Positions 18,001-25,797 of a stretch of DNA of 27,378 nucleotides are shown piece after piece. Numbering within the stretch: the first letter of the stretch is position 1; the number at the start of each line of letters is the position of its first letter. Source of the stretch: Rhodospirillaceae bacterium (GTDB lineage Bacteria > Pseudomonadota > Alphaproteobacteria > Micavibrionales > UBA2020); the NCBI GenBank assembly GCA_003524565.1, contig DQGU01000180.1, forward strand, positions 1 through 27,378, in the 5' to 3' direction. A program made the position numbers and the translations under genes. The notes under the pieces are model-generated. The model was not told where the DNA came from and made no database searches. It worked only from the letters and a program-made list of their open reading frames with translations.

Positions 18001-19402
18001 TAAGCGCATCTGCGCCAGCAGCGCCATCCAGAGTGTTATTGCCGCTATTGCCCGTAATGGTGTTCACAAGCGCATTGCCGAATCCATTCACGTTGGCACT
18101 GCCCGTCAGCACAAGATTTTCAAGATTGGCGCCTAGCGTATAGGTCATCTGCGTGCGCACCGTATCCGTACCTTCGCCCGCCAGTTCGGTGATGCTGTCG
18201 CCCGCATCGTCGATGACATAGGTATCATTGCCCTTGCCGCCGGCAAGCACATCAGCCCCCGCCCCGCCGTCGAGGGAGTTATTGCCGGCGTTGCCCGTGA
18301 TGCTGTTATCGAGCGCATTGCCCGTGCCGTTGATAGCACCGGTGCCCGTCAGTACAAGATTTTCAAAATCCGCCGCCAGCGTATAGGATATAGAGGCGCG
18401 CACTTCGTCCGTGCCCGCCGTATCCACAATCACATCGCCCGCGTTGTCCACAAAATAGGTATCGTCGCCCGCGCCGCCTTCCATGCGGTCGGCACCCGTG
18501 CCGCCGTCCAGCACATCATTGCCGTTGCCACCCGTGATGGTATTGACAGAGCTGTTCCCCGTCATCGTATTGCCGTCATCGGTCGCCGTGATATTAAACA
18601 GCCCCGTGCCCGCGACCGTCACCCCTTCGATATCGGGGTAATCGTTCATGTCGATAAGGACAGGCACGGTCTTGCTGGCGTTTTTGTAATTGATGCGGAT
18701 AAGGTCGTTGCCCTCACCCGCATTTTCAACCGCGCTGTCACCCGCGTCGTCAAAAATATAGACATCATCGCCAAGCCCGCCGATAAGGACGTCCGCGCCT
18801 TTGCCGCCATCCAGCGTGTTGCCCGCATCATTGCCCGTCAGCGTATTGGCGTCGTTATTTCCCGTCAGATTCAAAAGATTGCCGCCGGTATCCGAAGCAT
18901 CCAGATTTTCGATGTTCGATGCCAGTTTCACCGTCGCCGCCTGCGCAAGCCCCAATGCCCCCGCCGTCCGCAGCGCCAATGTATCGTTGCCCGCGTTTTT
19001 GGCTTCGGTCACTTTGTCTTCCAGCTTTACCGCCTTTGTGCCGGAAGCCAGAAGGTCCACAATATAAGTATCATCGCCAAGCCCGCCCACCAGCGCATCC
19101 GCGCCCGCACCGCCGTCCAGCGTGTTGCGGCCTTCGTTGCCGGTTACCGTGTTTTTAAGCGCATTACCCGTGCCGTCGATATTGCCGCTGCCGGAAACCA
19201 GAACAAGGTTTTCAACTTCGTTGGCAAGAACGTAGGAAACAGACGCGCGCACGGTATCCGTGCCCTCGCCTGCCAGCTCCACAACTTCATCCCCGGCGTC
19301 GTCGATAATGTAAGTATCGTTGCCGCGCCCGCCAATCAGCGTGTCTGCCACATTGATGCTGGTCAGTGTATCATTGCCCGTGCTGCCGGTGATCGTCGCC
19401 AT
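15098..19402 (-). CDS. Large RTX (hemolysin-type Ca-binding) protein with a serralysin-like M10 zinc metalloprotease domain; type I secretion substrate
   Basis: Likely start at ATG 19402 after GGAGA. Many GGxGxDx repeats, HEILHALGLQH (15998-16030), DILALQTLYGA, IENAIGGSGND, two PPC-like domains and a C-terminal T1SS-target-like region. No Cys and no Sec signal. Confidence 0.92.
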   Translation of the reverse strand: MATITGSTGNDTLTSINVADTLIGGRGNDTYIIDDAGDEVVELAGEGTDTVRASVSYVLANEVENLVLVSGSGNIDGTGNALKNTVTGNEGRNTLDGGAGADALVGGLGDDTYIVDLLASGTKAVKLEDKVTEAKNAGNDTLALRTAGALGLAQAATVKLASNIENLDASDTGGNLLNLTGNNDANTLTGNDAGNTLDGGKGADVLIGGLGDDVYIFDDAGDSAVENAGEGNDLIRINYKNASKTVPVLIDMNDYPDIEGVTVAGTGLFNITATDDGNTMTGNSSVNTITGGNGNDVLDGGTGADRMEGGAGDDTYFVDNAGDVIVDTAGTDEVRASISYTLAADFENLVLTGTGAINGTGNALDNSITGNAGNNSLDGGAGADVLAGGKGNDTYVIDDAGDSITELAGEGTDTVRTQMTYTLGANLENLVLTGSANVNGFGNALVNTITGNSGNNTLDGAAGADALIGGAGDDVYVVDLLSSGGKSIKLEDKITEAKNGGIDTLQLRLGGGFSLTKPVTFTLQNEVEKLDASATLSETINFKGNALSNVIIGNDAGTTIDGAAGNDILYGGDGNDTLLGGAGNDQLFGQVGADVLTGGAGRDRYFYEQGADSTLAETDRVTDFNISEDRITLEQGAGYTVLTGSVWPYEGAVADTVAEIVLSGIGDAIYFFTDGTHGYVYVNGDGNGAVGYDGLLVQLNGRTAAPGVDIIEQAVIFETEGARTAVSPGDTVIGSLSAFGDADEFVIDTGSSGQLTIDFNAPTNYMPSQPAYKVSVRTLDGGIVMEWTAGGDRTFTVPVEDGDYVLRIEGYQSSRFSADEYSFTSTLYAHSSEDFGDTVTGTISAPGQVVSYSYDFDAGQLYTFNLSPVGASLDLKIRIFDPTGREVFVKDDTSYYQIGEGDTFRLDPNGGFVAPVSGNYTVTVEAINTPNNPIKEEITNTDGNYVDYSGVSQTGQFQLVIDEIDLEDMAARIIQGARWDSGDVNDRGVPVVINYSFDAALSDEMRGAGGLSFVDINSYKAFSTAQQQVVRDVMAAISKVAGVTFNEVAAGTGDLNFGWTRATDAGLGDGAAFLFDESGDVQFIFDDQPAGQFTIGSAFVTMHYSSGNPTTQKLDTPEMKFVLAHEILHALGLQHAGVYDDGYGPQVGVQEGMDNTTYSLLSYMNKIDSSLFPSEPQLLDILALQTLYGAPASANAGDTTYDFNSKTLEYLQAIVDTGGNDTIDASGQTLGSVIHLQDGAISSIGIIGKIADVSASDLAKVTTPGEFADQARYNIAIAPGSVIENAIGGSGNDYISGNDANNLLRGGAGSDMLLGEDGDDMLFGGLGADILSGGDGADRFVFDNLDGVDTVTDFDDSDGDVLEIGDLLSGFDILDDDIADFVRLSETGDDTKVEIRTGGTGDWVHLATLAGATGLGSAQDLLDDGNLGVNPVLL

Positions 19403-19581
19403 GAAGTTTTCTCCCTGAAAATTGCCGTGTGGTGGCATCTAAAAAACCTGATTGATATTAGAAGGCGCGCGCGCCTGCGTGCAACGGAGATTATTTCCTG
19501 CCACCCTTTTTCATATTTACAAGCATGTGGTAAAGCGTCGCCGGATGTAGTCTAATCGGCACAAACACGCAGGATGCAGAC

Positions 19582-21273
19582 ATGCCGAGTTTCGAGTTTC
19601 TACACACTTCCGTATTTTACGAACTGACGGCACTTTTGATGGTTGTCTCGGCCATCGGGCTTGTCGGACTGAAACTGCGCCAGCCGATGATTGTGAATTT
19701 CATCGCGGCAGGCATCCTTGTCGGCCCTTCCGGCCTTAACATCGTCCATTCAAAAGAGCATATCGAGCTGCTGGCACAGCTGGGGATTGCGGTTCTTTTG
19801 TTTTTGGTGGGGCTGAAGCTTGACCTCAAACTCATCCGCACCATGGGGGTTGTGTCGCTGGCCACGGGGCTTGGGCAGGTTGTGTTTACGTCCGTCGTCG
19901 GCTATTTCCTCGGCCTTGCGCTGGGGCTTGGGCACATGACGGCGCTTTATGCTGCGGTTGCGCTGACGTTTTCCAGCACGATTATTATCGTCAAACTGCT
20001 GTCGGATAAAAAAGAAACGGATTCCCTGCACGGGCGCATCGCCATCGGCTTTCTGATTGTGCAGGATATTGTTGTCGTGCTGGCGATGATGGTGCTGTCG
20101 GCCTTTGGCATCGCGGATAACGGCGGCACGCAAACCCCGCTGGAGCGTGTGCTGGAGGTTTCCCTTTATGGCGCCGGCATGCTTGCGCTGGTTGCCGCGT
20201 TCATGCGTTTTGCCGCAACGCCGCTGATGAACCGCATCGCCCGCTCGCCGGAGCTGCTTATCACTTTTGCTATTGGCTGGGCGGCGCTTCTGGCCGCGCT
20301 TGGCGACCATTTCGGTTTCAGCAAGGAACTGGGCGGACTTTTGGCCGGCATCTCGCTTGCCTCCACACCGTTCCGCGAAGCCTTGATTTCACGCCTGTCG
20401 TCGCTGCGCGATTTCCTGCTGCTGTTCTTTTTCATCGCGCTTGGCACGCAGCTCGACCTCAGCCTTCTGGGCGCGCAGGTTTGGCCGGCTATCGTTTTCT
20501 CCGCCTTCGTGCTTATCGGCAATCCGCTGATTGTCATGGTTATCATGGGCGCGATGGGATACCGCAAGCGCACGGGCTTTCTGGCCGGATTGACCGTAGC
20601 GCAAATCAGCGAGTTTTCGCTGATTTTCATGGCGATGGGACTGAGCCTCGGCCATGTGGACAAGGAAGCGCTCGGCCTTGTCACGCTGGTCGGACTGATA
20701 ACCATTGCCTTGTCTGTTTATATGATTACCTATGCGCATCCGCTTTACCGCTGGCTGGAGCCTGCCCTCGGTCTGTTCGAGCGTAAAAACCCCCACCGCG
20801 AAGCCGCCGCGCACGAGCATGCCGATGTGCCCGAAAGCGCGCAGCACTACGACATCATCCTGTTCGGTCTTGGCCGCTATGGCAATGCTATCGCGCATCA
20901 CCTGCGCGCGCTTGGCTATCATATTCTTGGGGTCGATTTTAACCCCGATGAAGTGCGCAAATGGCGCACGCATGGCCATGCCGCGGTTTACGGCGATGCC
21001 TGCGACCCTGAATTCATCGCTTCGCTGCCGCTATCGCAGGTACGCTGGGTTATCTCGGCCATGCCGCAGCATGACACGGGCGTGACGCATGAAGACCCGC
21101 GCCTGATGCTGCTCAGCGCCCTGCGCGAAGCCAAATATACGGGCAAAACCGCCGTTTCCACCCACGACCCCGCGCAGGACGGCATGCTGCGGCAGGCGGG
21201 CGCGCATGTGGTGTTCCTGCCCTTCCATGACGCGGCAGAACGTGCCGTCACCATGATACGCGACCGCGGATAA
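19582..21273 (+). CDS. CPA2-family cation:proton antiporter (Kef-type K+ efflux) with a C-terminal TrkA-N/RCK domain
   Basis: Multiple TM helices, GIAVLLFLVGLKL, FSSTIIIVKLL, GFLIVQDI, LAQISEFSLI-like (VAQISEFSLI) and the Rossmann motif GLGRYG. Confidence 0.9.
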   Translation: MPSFEFLHTSVFYELTALLMVVSAIGLVGLKLRQPMIVNFIAAGILVGPSGLNIVHSKEHIELLAQLGIAVLLFLVGLKLDLKLIRTMGVVSLATGLGQVVFTSVVGYFLGLALGLGHMTALYAAVALTFSSTIIIVKLLSDKKETDSLHGRIAIGFLIVQDIVVVLAMMVLSAFGIADNGGTQTPLERVLEVSLYGAGMLALVAAFMRFAATPLMNRIARSPELLITFAIGWAALLAALGDHFGFSKELGGLLAGISLASTPFREALISRLSSLRDFLLLFFFIALGTQLDLSLLGAQVWPAIVFSAFVLIGNPLIVMVIMGAMGYRKRTGFLAGLTVAQISEFSLIFMAMGLSLGHVDKEALGLVTLVGLITIALSVYMITYAHPLYRWLEPALGLFERKNPHREAAAHEHADVPESAQHYDIILFGLGRYGNAIAHHLRALGYHILGVDFNPDEVRKWRTHGHAAVYGDACDPEFIASLPLSQVRWVISAMPQHDTGVTHEDPRLMLLSALREAKYTGKTAVSTHDPAQDGMLRQAGAHVVFLPFHDAAERAVTMIRDRG

Positions 21274-21285
21274 ACCACGCCGCAT

Positions 21286-22791
21286 TTAAGTCATGAACAT
21301 ACGGCGGTAATGGCGATACCATTCGCTGACGAATTTTTCCTGCGGGTCATAATCACGCTTGAGCGCCAGAAATTCTTTTATCTGCGGATAGGCCGTCAGT
21401 ACCTGCGCCTTGCTCGCCCAGCGGTGATAGGTCAAAAAGAAACTGCCGCCGTGGTCAAGCGCGATGTCGTAGAGCGTCCTGAAATCTTCCTGCGCCTTGG
21501 CAATTCCGGGCACAGTGTGGCGCACATGCAAATTGAAAATCACGCAGGCATAACGTTTGCGCGCCCAGGGCAGGAAGCTTTCTGTATCCTGTTCGATAAA
21601 CCGCACCGTGCCGTAAACGATGTTCATCCCGCGCTTGAGCGCTGCGCGGCGGCAAGCCTCCATCATCGGCTCCAGCGCATCGTGCGGCGCATATATTTCG
21701 CTGATAACCAGTGACGACGCCGCGCCCGTATTCCCCTTTTCCGCGTCATAGCGCAGGTTCTGGTTTTTCATGTAAGTGCTCATCTGGCAGCTGTCCGACC
21801 AATAGACATTGCCGTGGCTGGCCAGATAATAGGCACTGTATTTTTCAAACGCGGCTTTTTTATCGTCATGGGCGAGGCGGTAAAGCGTTTGCCAGTCCTC
21901 CAGCGCAAGCCCCTGCCCCGCGGGCGTCAGCGGCGCATCGTCTTCGGCGGGTTTGTAGCAGGAAAAAACACCCGTGCGCATGAAATCATCCGCTGCGGGG
22001 TCTGTTTTATACTGGAAATCGCCATACCAATATCCGGCCGCTATTTTTTCCTGCACGGCGGATATCAGGGCGGAGAGCGGCAACATCGCAACTTCCCGCC
22101 GCAATTTGCGCCGCGGCATCAGACGCAGCGTGACATCTTCGATAACGCCGAACAGGCCATAGCCGCCGATGGCAAGGCGGAACAGCTCCGCATTTTCATC
22201 GCGGCTGCAATTCAGAATTTCCCCATCCGCCGCGCGCAGGTGAAAAGATTCCACATTGCTGATAATCGGCTGCATGGAAAGGCCGCGGCCATGCACGTTG
22301 GATGACAAGGCGCCGCCCAGCGTCAAATCATCGGCGCCGGTTTGTTTTTGAATAATCGATAGCTCCGGCGCGTCTTCGTTCAGGCGGGCGACCATTTCCG
22401 GCCATGTAATCCCCGCCTCCGCCGTCACGGTTTGCGCGGCGCGGTCAATAAAAAGCACCTTGTTCATCTGGCGCATGTCCAGAAGCGGCCTGTCTGCCGC
22501 GAATTGCTGCCCGCCCATGGCGTGCCGCCCGCCGCAAACGGCAACGCCGCGCGCGGGCGCAAGCAGTGCCGCGACTTCGTCCCCGTTTTCAGGGCGGTGT
22601 ATGGCGCTGACCAATGTGCGGTTTATCTGTCCGTGGACATCGTTGACGGCTATGCCGCCGCCGGTTTCGGCACGCGCGGCATCGGCATCGTTTTCAAGCG
22701 GCCGCGCCCATGCGCCCCATCCGCCCGCAGCCAAGGCCGCAGCCCCCGCCGCCGACATCAGCCCCGCTTTTAAAAACTGCCGCCGTTTCAT
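21286..22791 (-). CDS. Tat-exported FAD-binding oxidoreductase (VAO/PCMH family)
   Basis: Likely start at ATG 22791 after AGGGG; the longer ORF overlaps tRNA-Asn. Twin-arginine signal MKRRQFLK, GGRHAMGGQ, TVTAEAGITW, LTLGGALSSNVHG and AIGGYGLFGVI. Confidence 0.88.
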   Translation of the reverse strand: MKRRQFLKAGLMSAAGAAALAAGGWGAWARPLENDADAARAETGGGIAVNDVHGQINRTLVSAIHRPENGDEVAALLAPARGVAVCGGRHAMGGQQFAADRPLLDMRQMNKVLFIDRAAQTVTAEAGITWPEMVARLNEDAPELSIIQKQTGADDLTLGGALSSNVHGRGLSMQPIISNVESFHLRAADGEILNCSRDENAELFRLAIGGYGLFGVIEDVTLRLMPRRKLRREVAMLPLSALISAVQEKIAAGYWYGDFQYKTDPAADDFMRTGVFSCYKPAEDDAPLTPAGQGLALEDWQTLYRLAHDDKKAAFEKYSAYYLASHGNVYWSDSCQMSTYMKNQNLRYDAEKGNTGAASSLVISEIYAPHDALEPMMEACRRAALKRGMNIVYGTVRFIEQDTESFLPWARKRYACVIFNLHVRHTVPGIAKAQEDFRTLYDIALDHGGSFFLTYHRWASKAQVLTAYPQIKEFLALKRDYDPQEKFVSEWYRHYRRMFMT

Positions 22792-22887
22792 CGCGCCCCT
22801 GCTTTGGGTCAATAACCGAAACAGTATAGCGCGAAACAGCCGGAAAACGGCAAGACGCGAAAACGAGGATGTAGAGGAGAGGAAAAA

Positions 22888-22962
22888 TGGCTCCCTGGGC
22901 AAGGTTCGAACTTGCGGCCAAGCGATTAACAGTCGCTTGCTCTACCACTGAGCTACCAGGGA
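22888..22962 (-). tRNA. tRNA-Asn(GTT)
   Basis: Minus strand TCCCTGGTAGCTCAGTGGTAGAGC-agcga-ctGTTaa-tcgct...GTTCGAAC...CCAGGGAGCCA; 75 nt with an encoded CCA. Confidence 0.97.
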
Positions 22963-23110
22963 ACATGTGGTGGAGTTTTATTTAGCAAATTCCCCGCATT
23001 TGGCAAGAAAGAAATGCCGTAAATCTGGCAATTTTCGCGCCAGACCCCGCTAAGTCTTTGTTTTTACGTCAGGCGTCCCAAAACCGGTTTTTTGCCCGCC
23101 CCGCCAGCCC

Positions 23111-23139
23111 TTGCCGCGCGCGGCGGGCGGGCGTAGAGT
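23111..23139 (+). promoter_or_regulatory. Putative sigma70 promoter of the OsmC-family gene
   Basis: (C)TTGCCG-N17-TAGAGT, ending 37 nt upstream of ATG 23177. Confidence 0.5.
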
Positions 23140-23143
23140 CGGT

Positions 23144-23152
23144 TTATCCACA
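23144..23152 (+). promoter_or_regulatory. Perfect DnaA box
   Basis: TTATCCACA, an exact consensus match and a single copy. Confidence 0.5.
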
Positions 23153-23176
23153 GCCCCATCAAACGCGAGGTTTGTT

Positions 23177-23659
23177 ATGAGCCAGCAACCAACCAAAGTC
23201 ACCGTCCGCGAAACCGGCGACGGCACGTTTACGCAGGAAGTCAAAAGCGGCAGCCATATCTTCATCACCGACGAGCCGGAAGACGTGGGCGGGCTGGATA
23301 GCGGCCCCGCGCCCTATGACATGCTGCTGGCGGCATTGGGCAGCTGCACGTCAATGACCATCCGCATGTATGCGAACCAGAAAAAATGGCCGCTGGAGGG
23401 CGTGACGGTTGCGCTGACGCACCACAAGGAAGTGGGCGCGGATAACGTGAAGCGCGATGTGATTACGCGCGAGATTACCCTGGAGGGGCCGCTGGACGAT
23501 ATGCAGCGCCAAAGGCTGCTGGAAATCGCCAACAAATGCCCCATTCACAAAACGCTGGAAAGCAAGCCGGAGATTACAAGCACCCTCGCGCCCGCAAAGC
23601 CGCAAGGGAATGCGCCCGCCGAAACGGCAAAGCCGCCGCATAAGCCGCCTGCGCCGTAA
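23177..23659 (+). CDS. OsmC/YhfA-family protein
   Basis: Likely start at ATG 23177 after GAGG. Motifs TDEPEDVGGLDSGPAPYDMLLAALGSCTSMT and RLLEIANKCPIHKTL, containing both family cysteines. Confidence 0.9.
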   Translation: MSQQPTKVTVRETGDGTFTQEVKSGSHIFITDEPEDVGGLDSGPAPYDMLLAALGSCTSMTIRMYANQKKWPLEGVTVALTHHKEVGADNVKRDVITREITLEGPLDDMQRQRLLEIANKCPIHKTLESKPEITSTLAPAKPQGNAPAETAKPPHKPPAP

Positions 23660-23676
23660 AGTGGCATAGAGAGGCT

Positions 23677-23979
23677 TTACGCCTCTTCTTCTGCCGGACG
23701 GTATTTGAAGTTGTCGAGATAGCTGCGCGGTGTCACGCGGCGCGGCGCATCTGCGGCGATGGAATAATCCATGCCATGCCCCTCTGCGAAAGCGACGGCG
23801 GCTTCTTTGCTGGAGAATTTCATACGCACTTGGTTGAGCGTATCACCGGCAGAGGTCCAGCCCATCAGGGGCTCGGGGCGGCGCGGCGTTTCAAGTTCAT
23901 ATTCCAGCACCCATTCGGCGGTGGTCGCGCGGCCGGACTGCATGGTGTTCTTTGCAGGTTTGTAAATCCTGGCTTTCAT
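23677..23979 (-). CDS. NDUFS4-like complex I accessory subunit
   Basis: Motifs ARIYKPAKNTMQSG, PEPLMGWTSAGDTLNQVRMKF and RSYLDNF. Confidence 0.92.
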   Translation of the reverse strand: MKARIYKPAKNTMQSGRATTAEWVLEYELETPRRPEPLMGWTSAGDTLNQVRMKFSSKEAAVAFAEGHGMDYSIAADAPRRVTPRSYLDNFKYRPAEEEA

Positions 23980-24014
23980 TTTTCGTACCTATTTTCTCTT
24001 TCCCCGCGGAAAAA

Positions 24015-24091
24015 TGGTCGGAGTGGAGGGATTTGAACCCCCGACATCCTGCTCCCAAAACAGGCGCGCTACCGGACTGCGCTACACTCCG
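24015..24091 (-). tRNA. tRNA-Pro(TGG)
   Basis: Minus strand CGGAGTGTAGCGCAGTCCGGTAGCGC...ttTGGga...GGTTCAAATCC...CACTCCGACCA; 77 nt. Confidence 0.97.
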
Positions 24092-24111
24092 TTTTTCCGT
24101 GGCTGAGGGTT

Positions 24112-24140
24112 TATATACCCCTTGGCCAAGGCAAAATCAA
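24112..24140 (-). promoter_or_regulatory. Putative sigma70 promoter of tRNA-Pro
   Basis: Minus strand TTGATT-N17-TATATA. The spacer contains the palindrome ccttggccaagg. Confidence 0.55.
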
Positions 24141-24218
24141 GGTATTTCATGGACTTGCAAGACCATGGCGTATCCCCTTGGCGGCAAAGGGCTTATCCGC
24201 GCCACCGAAGAGAGCCGT

Positions 24219-24944
24219 TTATCTTTGCTGCACGTCAGCATCCAGCCCTTGCTGGCGGCTGCGCTCCAAAAGGCGCGGAGACTCGATATCCAGCTCCGGC
24301 GATGGCAGCGGCGCAGGCTCTGTCTTGGTTTGGGGGGTATCGTCTTTTTTTACCGCACCCTCGGCGTCTTCGGGCTCTTGCGTTTTGTTTTCAGGCGTCT
24401 CGCCGCGGGCGGCGCCGAAATAATGATGCTCCACACGGTTGCCAATTTCTATGCCGCGCGCACGCGCCTCGCCGCCGTTCACTTCAAGAACCGCCAGGGT
24501 CGGAAAGCGCGACGAAACACTCGCAAGCGACTTCGGCTCTGCGTTTTCATGAATATTCACAATCACGCCGTCACCGCGGATAAAAATCATATCCAGCGGG
24601 ATAAGTGTATTTTTCATCCAGAACGAAACAATCCCCTCACCGCCGCCAAAATAAAACAGCATGCCCGCATCCTTGGGCATTTCGGTGCGGTGCATCAGGC
24701 CCATCTGCAACTGCACCATGGTTTCGGCAACCTCGACCGAAAACGTCTCGCGCGTGCCGTCTTCCTTGACGATGCTCAGCGGTTCGACGCGCATGCCGGC
24801 GGGCGACAATGTATGCGCCTCTTCTCCCTGCGCCGTGTACGATGCCGTCAGGCCAAAGCCCAGCAGCGCAAAAGCGCCTGCCATGGCCAGCGTTTTGATA
24901 TAGCGCGCGGGCGAAGCTTTTTTGCGGGTCGATGCGGTGGTCAT
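24219..24944 (-). CDS. DUF192-family exported protein with an acidic Pro-rich C-terminal tail
   Basis: RBS GAAGGAG, signal peptide, GLMHRTEMPKDAGMLF, FWMKNTLIPLDMIFI and VLEVNGG. Confidence 0.9.
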   Translation of the reverse strand: MTTASTRKKASPARYIKTLAMAGAFALLGFGLTASYTAQGEEAHTLSPAGMRVEPLSIVKEDGTRETFSVEVAETMVQLQMGLMHRTEMPKDAGMLFYFGGGEGIVSFWMKNTLIPLDMIFIRGDGVIVNIHENAEPKSLASVSSRFPTLAVLEVNGGEARARGIEIGNRVEHHYFGAARGETPENKTQEPEDAEGAVKKDDTPQTKTEPAPLPSPELDIESPRLLERSRQQGLDADVQQR

Positions 24945-24976
24945 GGCTTTCTCCTTCGGAAACCTTATTTAAAGAA

Positions 24977-25795
24977 TTATGCGGCTGGTGCCTGCGTGGC
25001 GATAAGCTGCCCACCCTTGCGGAACGGCAGTGCTTGCTTGCAAAGGCCGGTGGCGGGGTCAACATCGAACAAAACACCACTCAGCGTTACCGCACCTTCG
25101 GCAGGACGCAGTTTTTCGCCCGGCAGCTTGCGGATGAAACGGTTGACGGCAATATTGGCATCCATACCGATGACGCTGTCATAGCAGCCGCACATGCCGG
25201 CATCGGTCTGATAGCCCGTGCCCTTGGGCAGCACGCGCGTATCCGCCGTCGGCACATGGGTATGCGTGCCCACAACAAAAGAAACGCGGCCATCAAGGAA
25301 ATGCCCCATGGCCATTTTTTCGCTGGTTGCTTCGCCGTGGAAATCGAGGAATATCGCCTGCACGTCCTTGCCAAGACGGTAGGTTTTGCACAGTTTATCC
25401 ATCGCGGCGAAGGGGTCATCCATCGCATCCATAAACAAACGCGCCATGGCGTTCACAACCAGAATTTTTTGCCCGCGCGCGGTTTCAATGATGCTGGCGC
25501 CGCGGCCCGGCGTGCCGTCGGGGAAGTTTATCGGGCGCAAAAGGCGCGGCGCGCTATCGATATACGACATGATTTCGCGCTGGTCCCAGACGTGGTTGCC
25601 GGTCGTAATGCAATCCACCCCTGCCTTGTAAAGGTCGTCGCAAATCTGCGCCGTCACGCCAAAACCATGCGCCGCATTTTCGGCATTCACGATAACGGCA
25701 TCGATTTTATAGTCGCGGCGGATATCGGCCAGCTGCGATGTCACAGCATCGCGCGCATCGCGCCCCACAATATCGCCAAGGAAAAGTATTCTCAT
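24977..25795 (-). CDS. ymdB: YmdB-like metallophosphoesterase (TIGR00282 type)
   Basis: Motifs LFLGDIVG, NAENAAHG, TTGNHVWD, DFHGEATSEK, GTHTHVPTAD and TDAGMCG. Confidence 0.93.
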   Translation of the reverse strand: MRILFLGDIVGRDARDAVTSQLADIRRDYKIDAVIVNAENAAHGFGVTAQICDDLYKAGVDCITTGNHVWDQREIMSYIDSAPRLLRPINFPDGTPGRGASIIETARGQKILVVNAMARLFMDAMDDPFAAMDKLCKTYRLGKDVQAIFLDFHGEATSEKMAMGHFLDGRVSFVVGTHTHVPTADTRVLPKGTGYQTDAGMCGCYDSVIGMDANIAVNRFIRKLPGEKLRPAEGAVTLSGVLFDVDPATGLCKQALPFRKGGQLIATQAPAA

Positions 25796-25797
25796 TT

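Noticed and set aside
15998-18136. 712-aa plus-strand ORF inside the RTX gene
   Set aside because: It is the codon-aligned antisense frame. The sense gene rarely uses TTA, CTA or TCA, which removes antisense stops. No motifs or RBS.
19516-19534. TTTAC-N9-GTAAA inverted repeat between the RTX and Kef genes
   Set aside because: The 5-bp arms in AT-rich DNA are too weak to call an operator without comparative data.
21286-22902. Extended N-terminus of the FAD oxidase as given in the ORF track
   Set aside because: It overlaps tRNA-Asn. ATG 22791 has an RBS and begins the Tat signal.
14955-24091. Active prophage or integrative element at the tRNAs
   Set aside because: I found no integrase, no phage genes and no second copy of any tRNA 3' end by eye.
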